DNA from: Candidatus Multivoradales bacterium
Lineage (GTDB): Bacteria; Acidobacteriota; Thermoanaerobaculia; Multivoradales; J023
Direction: 5' to 3'
NCBI GenBank assembly: GCA_965248925.1
Contig: CBDFLE010000005.1
Span: forward strand, 832,001-896,000
Length of the DNA: 64,000 nucleotides
In this document: in pieces, positions 39,449 through 49,681 of the stretch
Layout of the letters: the number at the start of each line of letters is the position of its first letter
Position numbering within the stretch: position 1 is the first letter of the stretch
Position numbers and translations under genes: made by a program
The notes under the pieces: model-generated
What the model saw: the letters and a program-made list of their open reading frames with translations, nothing else
What the model was told of the DNA's origin: nothing
Databases searched by the model: none

Positions 39449-39823
39449 TCAGGTCAGCTCGGCAAAGACTTCACGGGCAATTTCCTGCCGCGCCAGTTCG
39501 AGCGCTTCCGTCGCCCGCGCGAAAATCGCTGGCCGCCGCTGGACGAGCACCAGATAATAAGCCTCCGGCAGCTGCGCGGCGTACAGGTGCAGGCCTTCTT
39601 TTTCGATGTGCAAGGTCCGCGGCGAACCACAGCCGCTGGACTCCAGTACGGTGGTCAAATGGCGCATGTAGATACCGACATAGGCGCCAAGAATTTTCAT
39701 CTTGTAGGGCGAAAACTCGCTACAGGCAACATGTACGGCCTCGCCGCTTTCGTCGAGGAACATTGCTGCCACCACGCTCTCGTCGCTGGCCAGCAGATTG
39801 GCTATGGTGTATTGAAAAGGCAT
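39449..39823 (-). CDS. Roadblock/LC7-like protein
   Basis: 124 aa with a helix-strand pattern (AAMFLDESGEAV, YYLVLV) typical of roadblock/MglB-like folds. Confidence 0.6.
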   Translation of the reverse strand: MPFQYTIANLLASDESVVAAMFLDESGEAVHVACSEFSPYKMKILGAYVGIYMRHLTTVLESSGCGSPRTLHIEKEGLHLYAAQLPEAYYLVLVQRRPAIFARATEALELARQEIAREVFAELT

Positions 39824-39909
39824 GCCTCAGATCCTGCTGCAAGAGACTCCAACGCAAAGCCGCAACCAAGGGATCCCTACCCGCGGCGACTCGACCCAGC
39901 GGGCCGGAT

Positions 39910-41757
39910 TCAGTTGGGCGGCAAGACGGACGGAACGACTAAATCAATGCTGGTACTATCCACCTCTCCAGCGTCGTCTTGGCTTGCCGACTCTTGTGTT
40001 GGACGGATCTTAATGCGCCCGGCCTCCCAGGCCAACAAGAAGGCGGTGACGATCTTGGCATCAAACTTGGTTCCTGTGAGCTGCTTGATCCGATCGAGGG
40101 CATAATCGGTGGTGTAAGCGTTCTGATAGGGCCGGTTGGTAGTGATGGCGTCGAAGGTGTCGGCAACGGCGATAATCCGCGCCATCAGTGGAATCTGGTC
40201 GCCTTTCAGGCCATCCGGATAGCCAGAACCGTTCCAAGCTTCATGGTGCCAGCGGATGCCGGGAATCATCTGCCGCAGGTCGGAAATCGGCTCGACGATT
40301 TCGGCACCAACCACCGGGTGCAACTTCATCTGCTCGAATTCCTCGGCGGTTAGCACCCCCCCTTTCTTGAGCACTCGATCGTCCACCCCGATCTTGCCCA
40401 CATCGTGCAACACGGCGCTGATCCACACCCGCTGGCGAACGTCGGCGGGCAAGCCAAGGTGGCGAGCGATGGCCCGGCTATAGGCCGCTACCCGCTCGGA
40501 GTGGCCGCGAGTGTAGGGATCCTTGGCATCGATGGCAGCCGCGAACGCTCGAATCGAACTGATGAACAGCTCGCGATTGGCCTCGGCGGCACGTTTGAGC
40601 TGCTCGACATAGCTCTCGACGTGATCGCTCATGCGATTGAAATCGTCGGCCAGCTCAGCGATCTCGAAGCCTACCCATTCAGTATCGATGCGCTGGTGGA
40701 AGTGACCCTGGGCGATCTGATGGCTGGAATCCGTAAGCCGCTGTATCGGCCGGCTCAACCAGCGGGCGGCGGCCAAGGCAAAGACCGAAGCCAGAGCTAC
40801 CAAGAGCAGAGAAGAAAGCAGGGTGTTCATCGCCATCTGCTCAACTTCGACGAAAGCCGCCTTGGCAGGCATATGCGCCACCACCACCCAACCGCTTTCG
40901 GCCACTGGCGACACCCTGGCCAGAACTGGCAGCAGACGATCGCGCAGTTGCAAGTTGTAGCGGCGAGTCACCGAAATCGGCTGGCGGACAAAGTCACTGA
41001 CCAAGTCAGTCTCCATCAACGCCAGCTCTACTTCAGGGTCGCCATCGCCGGACCACAGCAACTGACCGGTGCGGTCGACGACGATGATCTCCTTGCTATT
41101 CAAGTTCACTTGCGAACGCAAGGTGGCGCGGATCAACGGCGGCTCGACCAGCGCCTGAGCGATCAAGCGCTCGCCGCTTGCTGCTTCGACCAGTACCGCC
41201 ACCGCCACCAGGGGTCGCTCGCCGCGGGGCAAAGCTGCAAACCGGTAGACCACTGATTCTGCCGCCAGGCTGGATTCCTGAAACGCCAAGGTCAAGGCTT
41301 GAGCAGCCGGTGCGCTGAGATCCTTGAAACCAAAGCGCAGACCATAGCCCTCTGCATTGGCCAAGCGCAGAACTACAATGTCGGGATGATCGTCGAAGAA
41401 AGAGCGCATCAACTCTTCGACCCAGGGCTCACCGAGTCGGGTTTTCACCGATTCGAGATCGGGCACCGCCAGCAACACTCTGCCCAGCTGGCGTAGCTCG
41501 GACCGGTACTTCGCCAACCCCTCGCTGAGTTCCTGCGCCAGGCTCTGCGCCGAAGTCGTCAGGCGAACTGTTTCGTGGGTCTCGAGAATGTCACGATTCT
41601 CGGCAATCAGCCGCCAGCTACTGATCAGCAGGGGAATGATGCCGGAGAACAACAGCAACAAAAAGAGCAAATAGCGCAGCTTGACCCGGCGCATGAAAGA
41701 GCGCAAGCGGCGCGGCGGCCGAGATGAAGACGTAGGGTTGCTGGCGTGCTCAGTCAA
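39910..41757 (-). CDS. Membrane HD-GYP phosphodiesterase with periplasmic sensor and HAMP domain
   Basis: Two TM segments, HAMP, DAKDPYTRGHSERV, LHDVGK and HHEAWNGSGYP motifs. Confidence 0.92.
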   Translation of the reverse strand: MTEHASNPTSSSRPPRRLRSFMRRVKLRYLLFLLLLFSGIIPLLISSWRLIAENRDILETHETVRLTTSAQSLAQELSEGLAKYRSELRQLGRVLLAVPDLESVKTRLGEPWVEELMRSFFDDHPDIVVLRLANAEGYGLRFGFKDLSAPAAQALTLAFQESSLAAESVVYRFAALPRGERPLVAVAVLVEAASGERLIAQALVEPPLIRATLRSQVNLNSKEIIVVDRTGQLLWSGDGDPEVELALMETDLVSDFVRQPISVTRRYNLQLRDRLLPVLARVSPVAESGWVVVAHMPAKAAFVEVEQMAMNTLLSSLLLVALASVFALAAARWLSRPIQRLTDSSHQIAQGHFHQRIDTEWVGFEIAELADDFNRMSDHVESYVEQLKRAAEANRELFISSIRAFAAAIDAKDPYTRGHSERVAAYSRAIARHLGLPADVRQRVWISAVLHDVGKIGVDDRVLKKGGVLTAEEFEQMKLHPVVGAEIVEPISDLRQMIPGIRWHHEAWNGSGYPDGLKGDQIPLMARIIAVADTFDAITTNRPYQNAYTTDYALDRIKQLTGTKFDAKIVTAFLLAWEAGRIKIRPTQESASQDDAGEVDSTSIDLVVPSVLPPN

Positions 41758-41910
41758 TCAAAGGGTCCCCGTGCTGCTATCCCTCCAGCAACAGAGTTTG
41801 ACTGCCCAAACCACTGAACCGCAGCTCAACACATTAGATTGCCGGACAGTATACATGAATCGAGCGCGACCGGTAGCCGACGCGGCTATCCAAGGATCTG
41901 GCACAGAGCG

Positions 41911-42987
41911 TTAGGCTAAGAATTCGTCCAGCTCGCGCAGCACTTCGGCCACCGGGATATCCTCCACCATGCGTCCTTCACCGAGTCGTGCCGGTAGCAC
42001 CCAAACCAGCCCTTTCTCGGTAGCTTTCTTGTCGCGGGCCATCAACTCGACCAGCCGCGCCGACTGCAACCCTGGCAAGGGCGGCAGGTCCATGCGCCGC
42101 AGCAGAGTCCGCAAGCGATCGGCCTCGGCCGGCGGCAGGCCACGACGTTCCGCCAAGCGTAGGGCGAAGAGCATGCCCCAGGACACCGCATCGCCATGGC
42201 GAAGTTGCCGATAGCCGGTGGCGGCTTCGATCGCATGGGCCAGGGTGTGACCAAAATTGAGCAGTCGGCGTCGATCTCCTTCACCCAGATCGCTCTTGAC
42301 CACCGAGCACTTGGCGGCCACCGCCGCCGCCACCACCGAGGCTAGCCGCCGCGGCTCGCCGGTCAGGATGGATGGCAGATGATCTTCAACTTGGCGCAGC
42401 AGATCCAGGTCAAGAAGGAAGGCTATCTTTACCACTTCCGCCAAGCCCGCCCGCAGCTCCGCCGGGGGCAGGCTGGCTAGCCAACGGGTGTCGGCCACCA
42501 CCATGGCCGGGTGGTGAAACAGCCCAACCGTGTTCTTGCCGGCCGCTAGATCGACCCCGGTCTTGCCGCCGATGGAAGCATCTACCTGGGCCAGCAAGGT
42601 GGTTGGGAATTGGGCAAACTCGATGCCGCGCAGAAAGCAGCCGGCGACAAAACCACCCAGGTCGCCAACGCTACCGCCCCCTAGGCACAGCAGGCGACTG
42701 TCGCGCTTGCCTACCTCGAGCATCTCCTGCCACAGCCGCTCCGCCTCACTGATCTGCTTGGCAGCCTCGCCATCAGGAGCCTGCAGCACCACCGTGCGCG
42801 CCGCCAAGGGGCGTAGAACTTCGACGACAGGCCCCAGACAAGCCAACACCTGCGGCGACGACAGCAAGAAGAGAGTGCGGCCGCGCAGCCAGGCCGTCAA
42901 CTGCGGCAGGGCGGCTTCCAAGGCCCCGACACCGATGTAGATCTCCGTGCGGCCCACGGCATGGTCGAGCTGCTGGCGGTAGATCAT
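41911..42987 (-). CDS. aroB: 3-dehydroquinate synthase
   Basis: GGGSVGDLGGF, PTTLLAQVDASIGGK and LNFGHT motifs. Confidence 0.95.
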   Translation of the reverse strand: MIYRQQLDHAVGRTEIYIGVGALEAALPQLTAWLRGRTLFLLSSPQVLACLGPVVEVLRPLAARTVVLQAPDGEAAKQISEAERLWQEMLEVGKRDSRLLCLGGGSVGDLGGFVAGCFLRGIEFAQFPTTLLAQVDASIGGKTGVDLAAGKNTVGLFHHPAMVVADTRWLASLPPAELRAGLAEVVKIAFLLDLDLLRQVEDHLPSILTGEPRRLASVVAAAVAAKCSVVKSDLGEGDRRRLLNFGHTLAHAIEAATGYRQLRHGDAVSWGMLFALRLAERRGLPPAEADRLRTLLRRMDLPPLPGLQSARLVELMARDKKATEKGLVWVLPARLGEGRMVEDIPVAEVLRELDEFLA

Positions 42988-44789
42988 CCGTCGCCCTTGT
43001 CGTCACCCTCATCATCACTCTCAGCTGCCGCGGCCGGCGGGTCGTGAACACCGATGTGCAGCTCTTCGAGCTGCTGCTGCTCCACCACCGACGGGGCCTC
43101 GGTCATCAAACAGTTCGCTGAGGTAGTCTTGGGGAAGAGGATGACGTCGCGAATCGACGGCACTCCGGCCATCAGCATGATGATCCGATCCAGTCCCAAG
43201 GCAATGCCGCCGTGCGGTGGCGCACCAAAGCGCAGCGCCTCGAGCAAGAAACCAAAGCGCGCCTCAGCCTCCTCAGCATCAATACCCAACAACTCGAAGA
43301 CCTGGCGCTGCACCGGCTGCTGATGAATTCGGATCGAGCCGCCACCGAGTTCGACACCATCCATCACCACATCGTAGGCCCGCGAGCGCACCTCCCCCGG
43401 AGCACTCGCCAGGAGGTCCAAGTCGTCCTCGTGGGGGCTGGTGAAGGGGTGGTGGAGAGCCGCCCAGCGCTGTTTCTCCTGGTCCCTAGCAAAGAGCGGG
43501 AACTCGGTCACCCAGAGGACGGCATGGCGGTCTTGAGGGATCAGATCGTAGTCGCGCGCTAGCTGCAAGCGCAGGCGCCCCAAGGCTTCTGCGGTGGAGC
43601 CGGCCGGACCGGCAGCTATCAGCGCCAAGTCTCCCTCCTCCAAGCCGAGCAGCGCCGCGGTGCTCTCCAGTTCGCTCTCGCTGAGCGCTTTTTTGACCTG
43701 GAAGATGAGTTCTCCCTGGCGCTTGCGCAGCGCCAGAACACCAGCCGCGCCAGCTTGACGAGCGAGCGCCGCCCAGCCATCGAGCTGTTTGCGGCTAGCG
43801 CTAGCAGCACCAGGAATGCGGAAGCCGCGCACCACTCCGCCACTCTCGACGGCACCACGAAAGCCGCGAAAACCGCTCTCGCCGAGTAGTTTCGAGAGCT
43901 CATGAATTTCGAGTCCAAAACGCAGATCCGGCCGATCGCTGCCAAACCGCGCCATCGCCTCGGCGTAGGTCATCCGCGGCAGAGGCCGCGGCAGATCGAT
44001 ATCGACCAGGGCAAACATGCGCCGCAGTAGGTCCTCGGTGAGAGTCATCACCTGGTCTTCGTCGACAAACGACAGCTCCAGATCGATCTGAGTGAACTCA
44101 GGCTGGCGATCGGCGCGCAAGTCCTCGTCGCGGAAACAGCGAGCGATCTGGTAGTAGCGCTCGAAGCCACTGACCATCAGCAGCTGCTTGAACAGCTGCG
44201 GTGACTGCGGCAAGGCATAGAAACGGCCGGCATGGACCCGGCTCGGCACCAGGTAATCGCGCGCGCCCTCTGGCGTTGACCGGGTCAGGATGGGTGTTTC
44301 GAGTTCGAGAAAACCAGCCTCGTGCAAGAAATTACGGGTCGCAAAAGTGGCTTGATCGCGGAGTAAGAAATTCTGCTGCAAAGAGCGGCGGCGCAGGTCG
44401 AGATAGCGATACTTCAATCGCAGTTCTTCGCCGACCTCTTCCTTGTCATCCAGTCCAAAAGGCGGCGTCGCTGAGCGCGAAAGCACCAAGGCGCGGTCGA
44501 CATCCACCTCGATGGTACCACTGGGCAACCGCGAATTGACATTTTCGGGATCACGCCGCACCACCTCCCCCTCGACTTCCACCACCCACTCGGGGCGCAC
44601 CACTTCGAGCACCTGGTGCGCCTGCTGGCGCTGATCTGGATGGATCACCACTTGCACCAAGCCGCTGCGATCGCGCAAATCCAGGAACAGCAGGCCACCG
44701 AGATCACGGCGACGATGGACCCAGGCTTGTAGTTTAACCCGCTGTCCGACAGCGGATTCATCGAGGGTACCAGCGTGGCTGCGTCGCAT
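42984..44789 (-). CDS. aspS: Aspartate--tRNA ligase
   Basis: [29 protein letters not shown] and GAPPHGG motifs. Confidence 0.97.
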   Translation of the reverse strand: MRRSHAGTLDESAVGQRVKLQAWVHRRRDLGGLLFLDLRDRSGLVQVVIHPDQRQQAHQVLEVVRPEWVVEVEGEVVRRDPENVNSRLPSGTIEVDVDRALVLSRSATPPFGLDDKEEVGEELRLKYRYLDLRRRSLQQNFLLRDQATFATRNFLHEAGFLELETPILTRSTPEGARDYLVPSRVHAGRFYALPQSPQLFKQLLMVSGFERYYQIARCFRDEDLRADRQPEFTQIDLELSFVDEDQVMTLTEDLLRRMFALVDIDLPRPLPRMTYAEAMARFGSDRPDLRFGLEIHELSKLLGESGFRGFRGAVESGGVVRGFRIPGAASASRKQLDGWAALARQAGAAGVLALRKRQGELIFQVKKALSESELESTAALLGLEEGDLALIAAGPAGSTAEALGRLRLQLARDYDLIPQDRHAVLWVTEFPLFARDQEKQRWAALHHPFTSPHEDDLDLLASAPGEVRSRAYDVVMDGVELGGGSIRIHQQPVQRQVFELLGIDAEEAEARFGFLLEALRFGAPPHGGIALGLDRIIMLMAGVPSIRDVILFPKTTSANCLMTEAPSVVEQQQLEELHIGVHDPPAAAAESDDEGDDKGDG

Positions 44790-44791
44790 GA

Positions 44792-45349
44792 CTATTCTCC
44801 GTTGTCAGGCAACAGCCGCTGTCGATCGGCGGCGGTCAACATTGCCAAGTATTCATCTTTAAGCGCCACGTAGCGATCGGCGATGGCAGAGATCTCAGCG
44901 CTTTCTGCTGGGCTCAACGGGCGCACTACCCGAGCGGGTACGCCCAGCGCCAGCTGGCCGGCGGAAATTCGCTGGCCCGGCGTCACCACGGCGCCAGCAC
45001 CCACCTGGGCACCGCGCTCGACCACCGCGCCATCGAGCACTCGCGCGCCAATGCCGATCAGCGCCCCGTCTTCGACCGTGCAACCATGCACCATCGCACT
45101 GTGACCGACCACCACGCCGCTGCCCAGAGTCAGCGGAAACCGCTGGTGAGTGACATGCAGCACGCTACCGTCTTGGATATTGGTGCGGGCACCGATGCGC
45201 ATCCAATTGACATCACCCCGCGCCGCGGTGTGAAACCAGAACGAGACATCGTCACCCACTTCAATATCGCCGGTGAGGTAGGCCGAGGGCGCCACCCAAA
45301 CACCTCTGCCGAGACGGGGCTCGACGCCGCGGTAAGGATAGATCGGCAT
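44792..45349 (-). CDS. Gamma carbonic anhydrase family protein
   Basis: RGDVN, NIQDG..LH, GH..VHGC hexapeptide repeats. Confidence 0.93.
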   Translation of the reverse strand: MPIYPYRGVEPRLGRGVWVAPSAYLTGDIEVGDDVSFWFHTAARGDVNWMRIGARTNIQDGSVLHVTHQRFPLTLGSGVVVGHSAMVHGCTVEDGALIGIGARVLDGAVVERGAQVGAGAVVTPGQRISAGQLALGVPARVVRPLSPAESAEISAIADRYVALKDEYLAMLTAADRQRLLPDNGE

Positions 45350-45609
45350 TTGTGCTGGTCCAGTTCTCAGGTCAGCCTACACGAAGGACAGGCGGGAGCG
45401 CTCCGATCAGCCGTCTTGCCGCGGCGCGGCAGGCGACGGCCGAGGCTGCGGATGGTATCACTCAAGGGTCGCCCTCGGCGGCTCTCCTGCCCTCGCTGCC
45501 AGTTCGTCACTGAAACCACTGGCGGTCGAGATTCGTTACACTCTGCATCAACCGCGCAACCACCGCCAAGCACCGAACCGCCCTTCCCCCAGCAGCCCGA
45601 CACCAAGCA

Positions 45610-46341
45610 ATGACTCCAACCAGCGCTCAGCCCCCTACCGACGGGCCGTCGATCGACGTGGTTATTCCGGCCTACAACGAAGAACAGAGCCTGCCTCTGG
45701 TGCTGGCCGATATACCGCGGCCGCCGGTGCGCCGCATCGTAGTGGCCAACAACCGCTCCACCGACACCACTGCCGAGGTGGCCACGGCCGGCGGTGCCGA
45801 GGTCGTCGAGGCGCCGATTGCAGGCTATGGCAGCGCCTGCCTGGCCGCTCTTGCCCACTTGCGCGCCAGTGGTCCGCCGGAAATCGTCGTCTTTCTCGAT
45901 GGCGACTACTCCGACCACCCCGAAGAACTTCCTGATCTAGTGGCGCCGATCCTCTCTGGCCGCGCCGACGCGGTGATCGGCTCGCGCACCCTGGGGCAGC
46001 GCGAACGTGGCGCCTTGCTGCCCCAAGCCAGGATGGGCAATCTGGTCGCCTGCACGCTGATTCGCCTGCTGTATTCTCACCGCTACACTGATCTCGGCCC
46101 CTTTCGCGCCATCCGCTGGAGCGCCTTCGAGCGCTTGGCGATGCGCGACACCAATTTTGGTTGGACCGCCGAACTTCAAGTCAAAGCACTGCGCCACGAC
46201 ATGACCGTGGTCGAAGTGCCGGTGAGCTACCGCAAACGGGTCGGCGTCTCCAAGATCACCGGCACCCTCAAAGGCACCTTGCTGGCGGGTTATAAGATCC
46301 TGCTCACCGTCTTTCGCTACAGTTTCGGCAAATTGGAATAG
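45610..46341 (+). CDS. Glycosyltransferase family 2 (DPM-like)
   Basis: VVIPAYNEE, FLDGDYSD and TDLGPFRAI motifs. Confidence 0.92.
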   Translation: MTPTSAQPPTDGPSIDVVIPAYNEEQSLPLVLADIPRPPVRRIVVANNRSTDTTAEVATAGGAEVVEAPIAGYGSACLAALAHLRASGPPEIVVFLDGDYSDHPEELPDLVAPILSGRADAVIGSRTLGQRERGALLPQARMGNLVACTLIRLLYSHRYTDLGPFRAIRWSAFERLAMRDTNFGWTAELQVKALRHDMTVVEVPVSYRKRVGVSKITGTLKGTLLAGYKILLTVFRYSFGKLE

Positions 46342-46356
46342 GAAATCCGCCAGGCA

Positions 46357-46787
46357 TGACCGAAATCAGCGACCGCCCCGCCGCGATCACCATCGACGTC
46401 GAAGTGCGCTACGCCGAAACCGACAAGATGGGCATCGTCCACCACTCGGTCTATCTGGTGTGGTTCGAGCTGGCGCGCACCCGTCTGTGCATGCAGAGTG
46501 GCTTTCACTACGCCGATATCGAAGAGCAGGGCCACTTCCTGGTGGTCACCCGCACCGCATGCCGGATGCTTTCAGGCGCTCGCTACGGCGACACCGTGCA
46601 GGTGACTTGCTGGCTGGAGAAAATGGCCAGCCGCGCCCTCTCCTTCGCCTACGCCGTCCACCGCGGCGAGCAGAAACTAGCTACCGGCCGCACCGGCCAC
46701 ATCTGGGTCGACCGCGCCAGCGGCCGCCCCTGCCGCACCCCGCCGCAGGTGCTGGAACCGTTCCGCAAGATGGCGGGTTTACCATGA
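46357..46787 (+). CDS. Acyl-CoA thioesterase (YbgC/4HBT family)
   Basis: VRYAETDKMGIVHH..Y..WFE.AR motif. Confidence 0.92.
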
Positions 46788-46866
46788 AAATCTAACACGT
46801 CGTGTTCAATTTTCATGGTAAACGACCGCTGAGGCCCCGTCTTACCGCACCATGTCACTGTACTGA

Positions 46867-47745
46867 TCACAGCACCCACACCAGGCCGAAGACCATCAGC
46901 GACACCGCCGCGATCTTGCGCCGGCTGACCGTCTCGGCAAAGAGCAGGTGGCCGAAAACCAAGGCCAGGGCGCTGCCCAGACCGCGTTTGACGGTTTCGA
47001 CCAGACCTACCCAAACCTGCTGGATGGCGAAGAACTGCAAACCCAGCGCGACCACGCCGATCAACGCCGCCAGCACCATCCAAACCAACGCCGGGCGCAA
47101 GCTGGCGACCTCTCGCAGACGGCCACGGCGCCAGAGCAGCAAGGCCAGGCCCAGGGAAATTCCGACAGACAACACCAGCATGTGGACGGCTGAGCTGGTG
47201 TGGCGCAGCGCCAGTTTGTCGAATACTGGCGCGATCGACCACAAGAGCGCCACCAACACCATGTAGCGGCTTCCGGGCTCATCGGTCAACGCCCGCAGCA
47301 GGGCCGAGGGCGACAAGCCGAGTTCGGGACGGCTGTTGAGGAGTAAGGCCCCCAGCACCACCAACGAGATACCAAACCACTCACCCACCGCCGGCACCTC
47401 ACCGAGTAGAGGAATACCAAAGAGGGAACTGAATACCGGGGTCAGCGCCAGCAGCGGCAGGGTGGCGCTCATCGGAGACAGCCGTACCGACTGCATGTAG
47501 GCAACGCTAGCCACCAGATTGACGACGATCCCCAAGCCCCCGGGCAGCCAGTAACCAGGTTCGATCGCCCAGCTTGCCTCCACCCACGCCCAAACCAAGA
47601 TCAACGGCAACTGCACCAAGACCATTGCCAGAGTCACCGCGGTGGCCCGGCCATAGATCGCCAAACGCTTGCGCACGACATCGAGCAGCGACCAGCCCAA
47701 AGAGCAGAGAATCAGCACCACCAGGGTGAGCGAGCCTAACGACAT
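46867..47745 (-). CDS. EamA/DMT family transporter
   Basis: About 10 TM segments in two repeats; LLGE motif. Confidence 0.85.
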   Translation of the reverse strand: MSLGSLTLVVLILCSLGWSLLDVVRKRLAIYGRATAVTLAMVLVQLPLILVWAWVEASWAIEPGYWLPGGLGIVVNLVASVAYMQSVRLSPMSATLPLLALTPVFSSLFGIPLLGEVPAVGEWFGISLVVLGALLLNSRPELGLSPSALLRALTDEPGSRYMVLVALLWSIAPVFDKLALRHTSSAVHMLVLSVGISLGLALLLWRRGRLREVASLRPALVWMVLAALIGVVALGLQFFAIQQVWVGLVETVKRGLGSALALVFGHLLFAETVSRRKIAAVSLMVFGLVWVL

Positions 47746-47902
47746 CTCGAAATCCAGTCTTTCACCGCGCCACTTTAGTCCCTACTTGCTAGTAATCCCA
47801 GACCTGAGCCGTGGTGTTCCGATAGACTTGGAGTGCCCCCCGAACCTCGCAGCGGGATTTCCACGCCAGGGATTCGTTCGCCGGCCGGGAGGCAAGAACA
47901 TC

Positions 47903-49663
47903 ATGCACTTGACCCCAGAACTGCTCGCCGATGTGCTGGCGCGCCAGCAGTTGATCAGCGCTGAGCAGCGCGAAGAGATCCTGCATCAGGCCAAGCTGCT
48001 GCCACGCCACCTGCGCTCGTCGAAGGCCTACAGCCAAAAATCGGTGGCCTACGAGCTGGTCACCAAGCTCGGCCTGACCAGTAGCAATGGCGACGGTCCT
48101 CTCGACGAACAGCAGATCGCGCGGGCGATCGCCACCGAGGCACAGCTGGGCTTTACCCGCATTGATCCGCTGGCGCTGGATGCCGACTTGATCGAGTCCC
48201 AGGTCTCACGCCCCTTCGCCCGCCGCCACCGCATGGTGCCGTTGGGGATTCGCGACAACGTCCTGCGGGTAGCCTGCGCCAACCCTTTCGACCTCGAGGC
48301 GCTCGATTCTTATCGCCGCATCGCCGGCCGCAAGATCGAGCTGGTGGTGGCCTCGGAACCGGAAATCCTCAAGGGACTGACTGAATTCTACGGCCTGCGC
48401 CAGTCGGTCAAGAAGGCGGAACGGGACCTCACCGGTGGCATCGACCTGGGCAATCTCGAACAGCTCGTGCGGATGAAAAACGAGGCCGAGATCGAGTCCA
48501 GCGACCAGCATGTGGTCAATGCTGTCGAGTACATGCTGCAACACGCCTACGACTCTCGCGCCTCGGACATTCACATCGAGCCCAAACGGCAGGGGTCGTT
48601 GGTGCGCTTCCGCATCGATGGGGTACTGCACGACATTCAAGAGATTCCCAAGGTCGTGCATCGGGCGGTGGTCAGCCGCATCAAGACCATGTCGCGACTC
48701 GACATCGCTGAAAAGCGGAAGCCGCAGGACGGTCGGGTGAAGACGCTGCGCGCCGGGCGCGAGATCGAACTACGGGTGTCTACCTTGCCGGTGGCATTCG
48801 GCGAAAAAGCGGTGCTGCGGATCTTCGACCCAGGTGTGCTGGTGCAGGACCTCACTGGCCTGGGCTTCTATCCTGAAGAACTCGACACCTTCTCGAAGTT
48901 CATTACCCGGCCGCACGGCATCGTGCTGGTCACCGGCCCTACCGGCTCGGGCAAAACCACGACCTTATATTCGGCGCTGCGCACCATCGCTACTCGCGAG
49001 CAGAACATCACCACCATCGAGGACCCCATCGAGCTGGTTTACGAGGGATTCAACCAAACCGCTGTCAACCCCAAGATCGGCATCACCTTCGGCAAAGCCC
49101 TGCGCCACATCTTGCGCCAGGATCCCGACATCATCATGGTTGGCGAGATCCGCGATCACGAAACGGCGCAGAATGCCATTCAAGCAGCCCTCACCGGCCA
49201 CCTGGTGTTCTCCACTTTGCACACCAACGACGCCGCCTCGTCGATCAGCCGCCTGGTCGATCTCGAGGTCGAGCCGTTTCTGATCTCTTCGACCTTGATC
49301 GGCACCATGGCCCAGCGACTGGTGCGACGGATCTGCAAACATTGTAAGGAAGAGCGACATCTGTCCGCTGAGGAAGCCGGCATGCTGCGCCTGTCGGTGC
49401 CGCAAGGCAAACAGCTCAAGGTGTTCGAGGGGGCAGGCTGCTTCGAATGCCGCCAGACGGGCTACCTCGGGCGTGCTGGCATTTTCGAGATCCTGGCTTT
49501 GGACGACAGAATCAAGGAGTTGGTGATCGACAGCGCCGACGCCGCCAAGATCAAGCGCGAAGCTGAGGCCTCGGGAATGCGCACTCTGCGCCAATCGGCC
49601 TTGCGCAAGCTGGCCGACGGGGTAACAACCTACGAGGAGGTGGTGCGGGTCACGGCGCTTTAG
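47903..49663 (+). CDS. GspE/PilB-family secretion ATPase
   Basis: ASDIHIEP, GPTGSGKTTT, LRQDPD and CxxC..CxxC motifs; GGAGG SD before ATG 47903. Confidence 0.93.
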   Translation: MHLTPELLADVLARQQLISAEQREEILHQAKLLPRHLRSSKAYSQKSVAYELVTKLGLTSSNGDGPLDEQQIARAIATEAQLGFTRIDPLALDADLIESQVSRPFARRHRMVPLGIRDNVLRVACANPFDLEALDSYRRIAGRKIELVVASEPEILKGLTEFYGLRQSVKKAERDLTGGIDLGNLEQLVRMKNEAEIESSDQHVVNAVEYMLQHAYDSRASDIHIEPKRQGSLVRFRIDGVLHDIQEIPKVVHRAVVSRIKTMSRLDIAEKRKPQDGRVKTLRAGREIELRVSTLPVAFGEKAVLRIFDPGVLVQDLTGLGFYPEELDTFSKFITRPHGIVLVTGPTGSGKTTTLYSALRTIATREQNITTIEDPIELVYEGFNQTAVNPKIGITFGKALRHILRQDPDIIMVGEIRDHETAQNAIQAALTGHLVFSTLHTNDAASSISRLVDLEVEPFLISSTLIGTMAQRLVRRICKHCKEERHLSAEEAGMLRLSVPQGKQLKVFEGAGCFECRQTGYLGRAGIFEILALDDRIKELVIDSADAAKIKREAEASGMRTLRQSALRKLADGVTTYEEVVRVTAL

Positions 49664-49681
49664 CCGACCACTCTGCCGCCG

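Noticed and set aside
45350-45609. Possible riboswitch or 6S-like RNA upstream of the gamma-CA/aspS operon
   Set aside because: GC-rich pairing is possible, but no conserved family motif was recognisable; an Rfam search would be needed.
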